From Chrysemys picta bellii (Eukaryota), in NCBI RefSeq assembly GCF_011386835.1, contig NC_088793.1, positions 125,798,001 to 125,862,000 on the forward strand: a stretch of DNA of 64,000 nt. Direction: 5' to 3'. The notes below the pieces were generated by a model. That model was not told the DNA's origin and ran no database searches. It was given only the letters and a program-made list of their open reading frames with translations. Positions 40,451 to 52,387 of this stretch are shown here, piece after piece. Both the position numbers and the translations under genes were made by a program. Position 1 is the first letter of the stretch, and the number at the start of each line of letters is the position of its first letter.

Positions 40451-41252
40451 TGTGACAGGGTCGGTTGCTCACCGCTGTGGCGCCCCCTCCTGGTCGTCTC
40501 GGGGAATTAGTTTGCACCAGTAGAGCGCCCTCTTTAGGTGGCATCCCGCCTGTCGTCCCGCCTTTGTGGGGTGCACGGACTTGCGTTGCTCCCGACGTCG
40601 GCGTCCTCTTCTAGGGCACTATCCTCCGACAGTGTCCCTTTGTCCAGTCACACCCCCTTTCGGGGGCAGGTAAACAACAGCCCCACACCTTCGAGTCCGA
40701 TCCTCACAGTCCAGGACCTGGCATGGTTCTGGCCGGCCGCTCCCTGCGGCTGTGCATAGGGCAGCACAGCAAACAAAGGGGGGGAAGGCGGGGGGGAGAC
40801 TCAGGCCCGCCCACTACTCTGAGTCCCGGTCCAGAGGCCCTCGGGCGACAGTCTCGCTGTCTTCCTTCTCCTCTGACTATCCCTCTGGACCACTTCCCCA
40901 ACAGCCCTTCGCTACGCTAGGCCTCCTCCTCGTAGGCCTGCCACTTAGCAGGCTATGGAGTAGGGCCTTCTCCCACTCTCTCAGGCTGGCCTGCACTGCG
41001 CTGTCCATGGTGCTGGCCTCCCAGCTCTGGAGACAGACAGACAGACCTTCCCCTCTGAAGGCCTGGGAGAGACTGACTGCTCCTGCTCTGGGCAGTCTTT
41101 TATACGGCTAGGCCGGGCCCTGATTGGCTGACTCCAATCTGCCTTCTGATTGGCTCTCTGTAAGCCCTTCCCTGATTGGCTATGCATCTGCGCAGGCGCC
41201 TAGGCCTGCTGCAGCCCACCCTTTCTGGGCGTGGGGCAATCGCCCCACCACA
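40451..41252. mobile_element. Young CpG-rich solo LTR (5-bp TSD)
   Basis: TGTGAC...CCACA; perfect TSD gagac (40446-50 / 41253-57); many intact CpGs; repeated gattgg (CCAAT) motifs. Confidence 0.88.
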
Positions 41253-42130
41253 GAGACCTATTAGCATAGAACAATACTGCACCAAGTAAACATGTTTTTT
41301 TTAATGTAGAACAATGGTATACTACTTGCCTATGTTCCTACCTATATATAGTACTATACCTATAGACCTGTGCATGTCACATGTACTTATTCATAAATAT
41401 TCATCCAAAACACAAGGTTGTCTGGCCAGATATTCAATTTGTGTTCATCACTGGCTATCTTATAGTGGCACCAGAGCTTTTAGCAACCATGTGGTTGCCA
41501 GGTGTGTAGCAGCATTACTTGGTAAATACACTTTGGAATCTGTTGCTCTTCCATCCTAATAATACGTTCATACAGAAAAGACTGAATCTGAACCAGTGCC
41601 GATGGAGGTATTGCTGAGTTTGACTTCAAATATCCTCCTTTCGGATCACATTCTGTGGCTTAATATTGAGCAGCTAACAAAGACAACAAGAATCAAAAAC
41701 ATCAATCTGGGTGCTCTTCAGCCTTCCTCAATGTCCACAATTCACGGCTCCACAGTAGATTTGGTATAGCCATGGTTCTACAGATCTGCAGCTTTGTAGC
41801 AAGTTTGATGTCATGACATCCCGAGAAGCTGCTGAAGGCTGAAACATGGCAACAGCAGCTGCTATATCAGGGTTCACATCTTTTAAGCATCCTCAGTAAG
41901 AGAACCAAAAAAATGCCACCATGACTAAACAGCAGAGTGAAAGAGGCAGTTAGAGGCAAAGAGGCATCCTCTAGAAATTGGAAGTGAAATCCTACTGAGG
42001 GAATAGAAAGGAGTATAAACTTTGGCAAGTGAAGTGTAAAAACAGAATAAGGGAGTGTGACGGGGTCCCCGAGGTGCAACCTGGACTGTGGGACCTCTAA
42101 GCCCTCCAACCCACCAGTCTTAGCTGCCTC

Positions 42131-43096
42131 CAGGGCCGGCTCTAGCTTTTTTGCTGCCGCAAGCAGCAAAAAAAAGCGCCGCCCCCCGAACCCCCCCGCC
42201 GAGCGCCGCGCCGCCCACCCCCCCCCCCAGCTGAGCGCCGCGCTGTCCCCCCGCCGAGCACCGCCGGAACTCCCCCTCAGAGCGCCGCCCCCCCGCGCCG
42301 CCCGCCAGAGCCCGCCCCCGCCCTGCGCCGAGCGCCGCCGGAACCCCCTCCCGCCCCGAGCGCCAAGCCCCCCCACTGAGCGCCGCACTGCTGAAGCCCG
42401 CCCCCTGCCAAGCGCCGCCGGAACCCCCCTCCAGCGCCACGCCCGTGTGCCAGAGCTCGCCCCCCCCCGTGCTGAGCGCTGCCGGAACCCCCCCCGAGCG
42501 CCAAGCCCCGCGCTGCCCCCCCTGCCGAGCGCCGCGCCGCCGGCGCCCACCCCCACCCCCCGCCGAGCGCTGCCGGAACCCCCTCCCGCCCCGAGCGCCG
42601 AGCCCCGCGCCGCCCCCCCCGCTGGAGCCCACCCCTGCCCCCTGCCAAGCGCCGCCGGAACCCCCCTCCCGCGCGCCGGAGCTCGCCCCCCCCCCCGTGC
42701 TAAGCATCGCCGGAACCCCCCCCCCGAGCACCGAGCCCCGCACTGCCCCCCCGCTGAGCGCCGCACCGCCGGAACCCGCCTCCTGCCAAGCACCGCCGGA
42801 ACCCCCTTCCAGCGCCGCGCCGGAGCTCGCCCCCCCCCCGTGCTGAGCGCCGCCGGAACCCCCCCAAGCACCGAGCCCCGCGCTGCCCCCCCCCCCGAGC
42901 GCCGTGCCGCCGGCGCCCACCCCCCGCCGAGCGCTGCCGGAACACACACACCCCCCCCGAGCGCCGCCCCCCCGCCGAGTGCCGCGCCGCCGGAGCGCCC
43001 CCCCCCCCGCGGAATATCGCACCGCGCTCCCCCCGCTGCCCCTTCCTTACCAGGTGCCGCCCCAAGCATGTGCTTGGGTGCCTGGAGCCGGCCCTG
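42131..43096. mobile_element. hAT-type MITE with expanded internal GC-rich minisatellite
   Basis: TIRs cagggccggctc / gagccggccctg; TSD gctgcctc / gctgcttc; same family as 17268, opposite orientation. Confidence 0.9.
42180..43010. repeat. C-rich/CpG-rich imperfect tandem repeat
   Basis: About 11 recurrences of (g)ccggaacccc with gagcgcc and agccccgcgc sub-units; period ~55-90 bp. Confidence 0.9.
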
Positions 43097-43879
43097 GCTG
43101 CTTCTCACACTGTGATGCTAATGTCAAGCTACAAGCCTCTGACAGATGCTGCACTTCCACAGCCATCCACAGGCAGGGACACACCCAATTGAGTAACATG
43201 AGTGATCTCCCAGCCATTCATGAACCATCAATTGAGAGACTTCAGCCAATTCCCTCCTGTTCCCAGCTACCCAGCCATGTACCCAAGAACTGTACCATCT
43301 TGCACTGGTCAGAAGTCTGACCAGTGTAAACTCATTACTTAGTTTGCCCCTCTCTCATGTGGAATGGACATCAGAGCTGAGATTCCCTAAGCACTTCAAC
43401 CAAAGACATGTTGTTTTAGGTAAAATATAAAACAGATTTATTAACCACAGAAAGATAGATTTTAAGTGATTGTCAATAGCAGGCATAGAGATCAAAGTTC
43501 ATTACCTAAGAAATAAAAATAAATTCACAGTTTAAATTCTAACTTAAACAGACTAAGCAAGATTTGAATCAAGCAGTGTCTCACCCTAACAGATGGTACA
43601 GCTTACAGTTCCTCAGTACACAGACTGGACCCCCTTCTCTAAGGAGCCTCTGGGATAGTGGATTCTTTTTTGATGGGCCATCAATGCCTGTCTGATGGGT
43701 TCTCCTTTGTCCTTATTGAAAGTCTGGTTGTGGGCATTTCCCAACCTCACAACATATTTCAATAGCACATATAGCAGTACTTCAAAACTTCACATACAAT
43801 GATAGCACATACAATCCAACAGGATATTAATGTTCAACAAATCAAGATAGTAAAGAACAAAATTCTAAGACATAGATAA

Positions 43880-46294
43880 ACACCATATCTGACATCTGCT
43901 GGGAGAGCAATACAGCAGTGCACAGACAATCCAGGAAGTTTTTGGAAAGTGTTGGAGACAACTTCCTGGTACAAGTGCTGGAGGAACCAACTAGGGGCTG
44001 TGCTCCTCTTGACCTGCTGCTTACAAACAGGGAAGAATTGGTAGGGGAAGTAGAAATGGGTGGCAAACTAGGCAGCAGTGACCATGAGATGATCCTGACA
44101 GGATCCTGACAAAAGGAAGAAAGGAGAGTAGCAAAATAAGGACCCTGGACTTCAGAAAAGCAGACTTAGACTCCCTTAAGGAACTGATGGCCATGATCCC
44201 CTGGGAGGCTAATATCACGGGGAAAGGAGTCCAGGAATGCTGGCTGTGTTTTAAAGAAGCCTTATTGAGGGCGAAGGAACAAACCATCCCAATGTGCAGA
44301 AAGAATAGCAAATATGGCAGGCGACCAGCTTGGCTTAACAGTGAAATCTTTGGTGAGCTTAAACTCAAAAAGGAAGCCTACAAGAAGTGGAAATTTGGAC
44401 AGATGACTAGGGAGGAGTATAAAAATATTGCTTGAGCATTCAGGGGTGTAATCAGGAAGGCCAAGGCACAATTGGAATTGCAGCTAGCAAGGGATGTGAA
44501 ATGTAACAAGAAGGGTTTTTAGAGGTATGTTAGCAACAAGAAGAAGGTCAGAGAAAGTGTGAGACCCTTACTGAATGAGGGAGACAACATAGTGACAGAA
44601 GATGTGGAAAAATCTTAAATGCTTTTTTTGCCTCGGTCTTCACAGACAAGATCAGCTCCCAGACTGCTGCACTGGGCAACACAGTATGGGGAGGAGATGA
44701 GCAGCCTCAGTGGTGAAAGAACAGGTTAAGGACTATTTAGAAAGCCTGGACATGCACAAGTCCATGGGTCCAGATCTAATGCATCCGAGGGTGCTGAGAG
44801 AGTTGGTTGATGTGATTGCAGAGCCATTGGCCATTATCTTTGAAAATTCGTGGCGATTGGGGGAGGTCCTGGACGATTGGAAAAAGGCAAATATAGTGCC
44901 CTTATTTTAAAAAGGGAAGAAAAAGAACCTGGGCAACTACAGACCAGTCAGCCTCACCTCAGTCCCCGGCAAAATCATGGAGCAGGTCCTCAAGGAATCC
45001 ATTCTGAAGACTTGGCGGAGAGGAGGGTGATTAGGAACAGTCCACATGGATTCACCAAGGGCAAGTCATGCCTGACCAACTTGATTGCCTTCTATGATGA
45101 GATAACTGGCTCTGTGGATATGGGGAAAGCGGTGGATGTGATGTATTTTGACTTTAGCAAAGCTTTTGATATGGTCACCCACAGTATTCTTGCCAGCAAG
45201 TTAAAGAAGTATGGATTGGATGAATGGACTATAAGGTGGATAGAAAGCTGGCTAGATTGTCGGGCTCAATGGGTAGTGATCAACAGCTCAATGTCTAGTT
45301 GGCAGCCGGTATCAAGCAGAGTGCCCCAGGGGTTGGTCCTGGGGCCTGTTTTTTCAACATCTTTATTAATGATCTGGATGATGGGATGAATTGCCCCCCC
45401 AGTAAGTTCGCAGATGACACTAAGCTGGGGGGAGAGGTAGATACACTGAAGGGTAGGGATAGGGTCCAGAGTGACCTAGATAAATGGAGGATTGGGCCAA
45501 AATAAATCTGATGAGGTTCAACAAGGACAAGTGCAAAGTCCTGCACTTAGGAAGGAAGAATCCCATGCACGACTACAGGCTGGGGACCAACTGGCTAAGC
45601 AGCAGTTCTGCAGAAAAGGACCTGCGGATTACTGTGGACGAGAAGCTGGATATGAGTCAGCAGAGTGCCTTTGTTGCCAAGAAGGCCAACGGCATATTGG
45701 GCTGTATTAGTAGGAGCATTGGCAGCAGATCGAGAGAAGTGATTATTCCCCTCTATTCAGCACTGGTGAGGCCACACCTTGAGTACTGTGTCCAATTTTG
45801 GTCCCCCCACTACAGAAGGGATGTGGACAAATTGGAGAGAGTCCAGCAGAGGGCAACAAAAATGATTAGGGGGCTGGGGCACATGACTTATGAGGAGAGA
45901 CTGAGGGAACCGGGGTTATTTAGTCTGCAGAAGAGAAGAATGAGGGGGGATTTGATAGCAGCCTTCAACTACTTGAAGGGGGGTTCCAAAGAGGATGGAG
46001 CTAGGCTGTTCTCAGTGGCGGCAGATGACAGAACAAGGAGCAATGGTCTTAAGTTGCAGTGGGGGAGGTATATTAGAATATTGGATATTAGGAAAAGCTA
46101 TTTCATTAGGAGGGTGATGAAACACTGGAATGGGTTACCTAGGGAGGTGGTGGAATCTCCATCTGTAGAGGTTTTTAAGGCCTGACTTGTCAAAGCCCTG
46201 GCTGGGATGATTTAGCTGGTGTTGGTCCTGCTTTGAGCAGGGGGTTGGACTTGATGACCTCCTGAGGTCTCTTCAAACCCTAATATTCTATGAT
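43880..46294 (+). mobile_element. CR1 LINE, 5'-truncated (~2.4 kb): end of endonuclease, reverse transcriptase and 3'UTR; disrupted
   Basis: ORF pieces [77 protein letters not shown]; several frameshifts and stops; tail ccctaatattctatgat. Confidence 0.97.
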
Positions 46295-46297
46295 ATG

Positions 46298-46460
46298 TTG
46301 GAGAAGAGCCAACATGGCTTTTATAAAGGGAAATTATATCCCATCAATCTATTAGAATTCTTTAAGGGTGTCAGCAAGCATGTGGAAAAGGGTGATCCAG
46401 TTGATATAGCATACTGGGACTTTCAGAAAGACTTTGACAAGGTACCATACCAAAGGATTA
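46298..46460 (+). mobile_element. Internal RT fragment of a second CR1 subfamily
   Basis: caacatggcttttataaaggg...gactttcagaaagactttgacaaggtacc (QHGFxKG...DFQKxFDKVP). Confidence 0.75.
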
Positions 46461-46464
46461 AGCA

Positions 46465-46950
46465 CCAAGAATAGCTTTCTTGAAGTCCAGCTTAAAGGTT
46501 ACAAGCAAAACAAAAACATCTGGGGTTAGCACAGAGGAATCCACAAGCCATAAAGAAATAAAAGGGATAAACCTAATTGCATGTTCCTAGACATTTCCTG
46601 AACTACTTACATATCTGAGGTTTAAAATGAGTAGTTTCTAGGTATGATACTGATGATTTTTTCATACTTGGCCCAAGCTCCATAGCTACTGCCCTGTCCG
46701 CCTCTCTCTGGGAGAACAACCACAGATAGACAAAAGGGGAGGGTTTTTTTAATTGTAAAAAGTTCTAGCCTTCCCATTGGCTCTTTTGGCCAGGTGCCCA
46801 CTCACTTCCTTTTCCCTATGCATAGCAGTGAGACTTTTGAACCCTTCACAGGTAGAGCAATTAGAGAAAAGCTACTAAGAGGGATTTTATAGCTACTGGC
46901 TGGCTGGGTGTCCATAAAAGGGAGCAACCCTCCCCGCCTCTTTTATCACA
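46465..46950 (-). mobile_element. Partial LTR
   Basis: Terminus ...cctcttttatcaca at 46950 (TGTGATAAAAG on the minus strand); other end missing. Confidence 0.6.
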
Positions 46951-46951
46951 C

Positions 46952-47372
46952 AAGTTATCTGGACCAGCTGATATAAAAATGTCTAACTTCCGTAGCTGCT
47001 GTTTAACATCCTCCTGAGATACTAATGGAATGGAAAGAGTGTTAAAGTATGATATGATGATATTGTCAGTTTTTTCCAAAATACATTAACAGAAGTATTA
47101 TTAAACACTTCTGCCTTTTCTACACTAATAGTGATAATTCTACCATTTCCATCTAGAAATGTACCAATACCATTCCTTTTGTTCCAATTGTACTTAAAAA
47201 CCTTCTTCTTTATTGTCCTTAACTCTGCTGGCCGTAGAGTTCTCCTTGTGTCCTTTTGCTTCCCTTATCAATTTTATACAATCCCTAGCTTCTGATTTAT
47301 AGTCATTACTATCAACTTCCCTTTTCTTCCATTTATTTTATATATATTATTTTTATAGCAGTCTTCACTTCA
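46952..47372 (-). mobile_element. Internal fragment of an older CR1
   Basis: Minus-strand ORF-like text VSQEDVKQQLRKLDIFISAGPDNL. Confidence 0.7.
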
Positions 47373-48050
47373 TCTTTTGTCAGCTGAAGGAAACGGGAAG
47401 CTGAAAGCAGCCATGCTTGTGGAAGATCAACGGAGGTTGAGTTCTGAGGACACAGCAAGAGTGTGGATATTTGCAGATTGTACAGTTAGTCAGGGTGTAG
47501 GTATTTTTCTCTGGAACCGTTACTAAGAACTACCATAGAAATAGTACAGTATCTCTATGCTCTGACTGCAGTGAAATAAGGAACAAACTTACAATACTTC
47601 AACATGATGCAGCATCATTGTCTTAAGGGGAGACAATTGTGTGGTAACTAGGTGTGTTCAGCTAACCTGATTGCTCTGTGGGTGTGCCTGACCACCTTCA
47701 GGTCTCTACCTAAAGCAATAAGGACATTGTGCTCAACAGACTTTAATCGGCTCACAAAATCAGACTCAGCCACAAGCAATTCGAACAAGCACTTGGGGCC
47801 TTGTGCTTTTGAAGAGCTTATGAGCCTCAGCTGAATGAGCACCTTCCAGACTGTCCCAAATTCCTTCATTCACCTGCCCAGCAGATAGATCAGAGCTGGA
47901 GAAAACTCTCAGCCAGTCCCCAAAACTCCTTTCTGGCAACAGCTCCAGAATGGAAGAAAGTCATGGTCTCATCACTTCCTTCTGCAGCCTGAGACTCTAC
48001 ACATCACAAGACTTAATGTATCTGTACGTAATGTTAATACAAATATTATT

Positions 48051-48345
48051 CATAGAGTTTAAGGCCAGAAGGGGGCCATTAGATCATCTTGTCTGACCTC
48101 CTGTGTATCACAGGCCATAAAATTTCACCCAGTTAGCACTGCACTGAGCCCAATCACTTGTATCTGACTAAAGCATATCTTCCAGGAAGGCATCCAGTCT
48201 TGAAGACATCAAGAGATGGAGAATTCAGCACTTCCCTTGGTAGTTTGTTCCAATGCTTCATCGCTCACCCTGTTAAAAATCTGGGCCTTATTTCTAATTT
48301 GAATTTGTCTGGCTTTAACTTCCAGGCATTGGTTCTTGTCATGCC
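48051..48345 (-). mobile_element. CR1 3' end
   Basis: tcatagagtttaaggccagaagggggccattagatcatcttgtctgacctcctg. Confidence 0.8.
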
Positions 48346-49419
48346 TTTTGCCACTAAAAGTATTATGAAGTGCTATTGAGGTTATGCACCACTGTTTAGT
48401 AAACAAGTAATTCAGAATCCGTATCTTTTTTCTTATTAAAACAACTCTTTTGGTGGAGATCACCTGGAGTGGATAAATAAGAACTGGCCTGAACCTTTGC
48501 CCAAATCACAAGTTAAACCTAAACCATTTATTGATATTTGAAAAGGTTCTGTAAACTATGTTTTTGTGTTCACATTTCCTCGTGCATCTGGGCTTCCTGG
48601 TTTTGTCAGACATAAGAAGCTGAAAGACTAAAGTACCATTAGAAAGGCTGTTCACAGGAGAATTACTCCTCGACTTCCAGATAAAAAAGGTTTCAGGTGA
48701 GCATTCAGACTGGCCTGAACTGAATCATCTGAGGTTTGCCCACTATCATCTATTAACACAAGAATTCAGTGGGCTTATTTAGCCAGGTTCACCATTAGGA
48801 TATACAGTTCGCTGATGCTAAATGAAAGTAAAATAGATGTTCAAAAAATATTGACAGTCTTATTCAGTTGATGAATTATTGTAGCTCTTGATCCAATCAA
48901 TTATTCAGCAGATAATGTTAGTCAACTAGCTATGCAACTGGTGGGATATTAATGATATATTTGACAAATATTATTCACTGAATACCGTAATTCTGTCTGG
49001 TACTTATACACCAGCTCTTACTGACAAGAACAAACAGCAAAGTTACTTTTCTAAGAGACAAACACAAGGCTCTTCGCTTCCTGAGTCATACAGTTAATAC
49101 AGCTCTGGTTTAGAGTCATACTTAAAAGAAAATTCGGTTCTGTTTTTTCATACAAGAAAGACCTCTATTGGCAGATAAAGTTACTGCAGGTTTAACCCGT
49201 TTACTTCTATTACCACAGAATGACAAATAATTTAGTCTTTCCAGTTATATGATTCCCAATCCAATGCATGTGGTAGCTAAAGCCACTCTGTTAATAAATA
49301 AATAAATAAATAGGCACAACTCTAGCACCTTTCATTTAAAGAAAACAATGCATTTTACAGACATGGTTGAATTAATCCTAATACATACACTCATACACAC
49401 CCTGATCTAGGAAAGTCAT

Positions 49420-49562
49420 ATCACCACTTTTACAGGTAGGAAAACTGAGACAAAAAGTTAAGAGACTTGCCCAAGGTCTCACAGAAAGTCTGTGGCAGAG
49501 CTATGATTCCCACCTATTTCTCTTTAATCCCCCGTGGGTTTAACCAAAAGACCATCCTTCCC
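49420..49562 (-). mobile_element. MIR/CORE-SINE
   Basis: ttttacaggtaggaaaactgagac...gacttgcccaaggtctcacag. Confidence 0.75.
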
Positions 49563-49796
49563 CTTCATTTATTAGCATTTATTGAAAACCACGTGGTCAA
49601 GGCTCTGAATGCTGAATTGAGATACACCCCAGAGCATTTCCCTGAGTCTGTACTAACTAACTTGTGAGCATAAGGAAGGAGACAATACATGCCCTATGAT
49701 TTCTCTTGTCTTCTCTGTTTCATGTGGTCCTCTCCCATGCCAGATTAGTTCTGGCTTTCCCTGATAAACATAGAAGTTAAATACTGGGGTTTAGTG

Positions 49797-49902
49797 TAGG
49801 GTGGTGACCAGACAGCAAGTGTGAAAAATCGGGACAGGGGTAGAGGGTAATAGGAGCCTATATAAGAAAAAGACCCAAAAATCGGGACATCTGGTCACCC
49901 TA
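49797..49902. mobile_element. hAT-type MITE (tagggtgaccag family)
   Basis: Near-identical to 17278-17401 in reverse, with an internal deletion; 8-bp TSD gtttagtg. Confidence 0.88.
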
Positions 49903-50368
49903 GTTTAGTGTGACCTAGGCACCCCTATATTCACATCCTACCCACTACTGCAATGACATTTGTACACAATGTGCCTTGTGAAGTATCATATGAAAGCTAA
50001 TAATACACTGGTTATTTATATAATTGCAAAATACAAGTGTTAACCTTATATGTGAAGTTATGAATTCCCACTGTTTGACTACTAGAACATGTTTAAGACA
50101 AGACAGCCTAGGCTAGGTAAAGGTGATAAACAGGTATTTCTTTATCTAGGACAGATGAGTTTACCTCAATTTACATATCAGCAGTAAACAAAGCCATCGA
50201 GCTAAACCAGCAGAGGTTATCCTGGTCCTGAACGACAGAGAATTAACATGGCTCCTGCACCCCAGAGAGACACAGGAGACTGAATCCCCAGGAAGCCTTC
50301 CTGACATGTAAGGTAAAGGGAAGAACAGGAGTACTTGTGGCACCTTAGAGACTAACAAATTTATTAGA

Positions 50369-50408
50369 GCATAAGCTTTCGTGGACTACAGCCCACTTCT
50401 TCGGATGC
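50369..50408 (-). ncRNA. Minimal hammerhead-like motif, identical copy on the minus strand
   Basis: Exact reverse complement of 50596-50635. Confidence 0.65.
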
Positions 50409-50595
50409 ATATAGAATGGAACATATATTGAGGAGATATATATACACACATACAGAGAGCATAAACAGGTGGGAGTTGTCTTACCAACTCTGAGAGGCCA
50501 ATTAATTAAGAGAAAGTTGGTAAGACAACTCCCACCTGTTTATGCTCTCTGTATGTGTGTATATATATCTCCTCAATATATGTTCCATTCTATAT

Positions 50596-50635
50596 GCATC
50601 CGAAGAAGTGGGCTGTAGTCCACGAAAGCTTATGC
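50596..50635 (+). ncRNA. Minimal type I hammerhead-ribozyme-like motif
   Basis: Stem I GCAU/AUGC, core CCGAAGA(A), stem II GUGGGC-UGUA-GUCCAC, GAAA, palindromic AGCU stem III. Confidence 0.65.
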
Positions 50636-52057
50636 TCTAATAAATTTGTTAGTCTCTAAGGTGCCACAAGTACTCCTGTTCTTCTTTTTGCGGATACAGA
50701 CTAACACGGCTGTTACTCTGAAACCTGTAAGGTAAAGGCAATCCCTTTGGGGATATAAGGAACAGAGAGACGCCATCTTTATCCTTCACCAGACAAAGAA
50801 ACCAAGTGATTTGATCTCTGTGATGGGTCCTGGCCAGGCTGGCCAGTAAAAAGCTGGAAAGGCGATTGTGGGTAAAATAAACTATCTTGAACAAAGACTG
50901 TAACTTGCTAGACTAAGTTTTAGACTTTTGGATATGTATTTTCACTTTGATTTGCTGGTAACCATTTCTACCTTTATCTCTTTTATTTGCCATCACTTAA
51001 CCTGCTCTTTTGTTAATAAACTTGTTTTTTACTTTTACTACAAACTCAATGCTGTGCTTGAAGGGAAGGGTGTATTTACCCCCATTAAATTAATAAGCTG
51101 TGGTGTACTGACTCTTTACCAGTGCAGCAAACTTAATATCTTCTGTGAATGCACAGTGGTAGTGGCTGTGCATTGAAGAGAAACATTTCTGAGGGCCTCA
51201 GGGGCTGGAGTTCACTGATTGTTACCTACTAGGCAAGATTTTGGCCAGGAGAGACTTGTCAGAGTTTGCTAATGAGGAAGACTGGTATTGGAGGCAGCTT
51301 ACACACTCAGTCTAATCACCAGCAAAACTCACTCTTGGTGAGGCAGAAAGGTAACACAGTGGCTCACAGCTCTGTGTATCCCCAGCAGTGTGTTACGTTT
51401 ATATAACAGCATGCATAATTTTCCTATGAGACAAGCAGACAGACAGAAACCATTACCAAAAATGTATCACTTTTGTTACGAAACATAAAAAAGCCTCGTA
51501 TTTACAATTTTTTTTTAATGAGTGCTGAAGTCTTGACCTGTTACAAACATTTTACATAAACATCCAGAAAGCATGACAATGCTTTACACAACTCTTTATT
51601 CAGCTAGCAGAAGTAATAATATTTGGACCATAAACCTCAAAACTCTTAACTGACAAGAGATGTGTGTCCCTTGCTTCTTAACCCTAAAATTGCTTGTGCC
51701 ATTCACCAGCCAGGTAAGTTTCCCAAAGTAAAAAAGGCCATATTGATCTATGTCAGTTTGTAAAACACTTCTACAAAACCATGCTACTGGGAGGTGGGAG
51801 GGTTTGGGTTTGGTTTGGTTTTTAAAATCATTTACACATTTTTTGCAGAGAAACAACTTATGCTCTAATTATAGTAAAGAAACAAATTATTAGTCTTTAA
51901 AAATGAGATTTATACATTAAGAATCAGATGCTCATTTTCTAAGAGAGCTACCACCTGGCACAGATTTATAAAGGTGCACAATCTAATCTTTCAAGGTACA
52001 TGGTCATATGAATATGACAAACAAAGTAGTGCAAAACATCCATATGCAAAATCCACT

Positions 52058-52387
52058 GCCAGGTGAAATTCAGCTAGCTGGGGAAGTGCCTGGCCGGGAG
52101 CGCAGGGTCTGGAGGTCTGGGGCTGCCCGGCAAACCGTGAAGCCGGTAGCGCTCGGGCAGCTCGGCTCTTCAGCTACACAAAGCTGAGGTGTCTGGGGGG
52201 AGCAGCAGCAGCCGCCGCCGCGGGGGAATCCACCTGCAGCTCGCAGCCTGCCGGAGCCATTCTAAGGTAAGCAGGGGACTAGTATTTTCCCGGACATGTT
52301 TGGCTTTTTGGCAATTCCCCCCGGACGGGGATTTCAGGACCAAAAAGCCGGACATGTCCAGGAAAATCCAGACGTATGGTAACCCTA
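52058..52387. mobile_element. Partial GC-rich MITE (right TIR tggtaacccta)
   Basis: ccggacatg repeats, right TIR present, left TIR not seen. Confidence 0.65.

Larger units (their letters stand above)
42056..43850 (-). mobile_element. Partial LTR (one terminus at 42056), interrupted by a MITE and truncated at the CR1
   Basis: TGTGACGGGG terminus; the 43780-43850 segment resembles LTRs of the 49909 type in reverse; no matching far terminus found. Confidence 0.65.
50320..50725 (+). mobile_element. Young Penelope-like insertion with a perfect 168-bp inverted repeat
   Basis: Arms 50321-50488 and 50516-50683 are exact reverse complements, 27-nt loop; 13-bp duplication tgtaaggtaaagg (50307-19 / 50726-38). 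Confidence 0.93.
49909..51397 (+). mobile_element. Solo LTR (5-bp TSD), interrupted by a Penelope-like element
   Basis: TGTGACC...GTTACG; TSD tttag / tttat; gatataag ~50752, aataaa ~51015. Confidence 0.75.

Noticed and set aside
41867-43115. 413-, 352- and 300-aa ORFs on both strands
   Set aside because: Low-complexity G/A/R/P translations of the GC minisatellite, which lacks stop codons; bounded by MITE TIRs and TSD
43918-46185. RT-like ORFs as a functional gene or active LINE
   Set aside because: 5'-truncated CR1 ORF2 broken by several frameshifts and stops
46200-46294. Tortoise Pol III/SINE-like 3' end
   Set aside because: Contiguous with CR1 ORF2 and lacks a tRNA-Lys head, so it is the CR1 3'UTR that the SINE shares
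47648-47869. 73-aa minus ORF with faint DH-domain-like ELL..ES.FV..L pattern
   Set aside because: Too short and weak, no convincing splice sites; chance similarity
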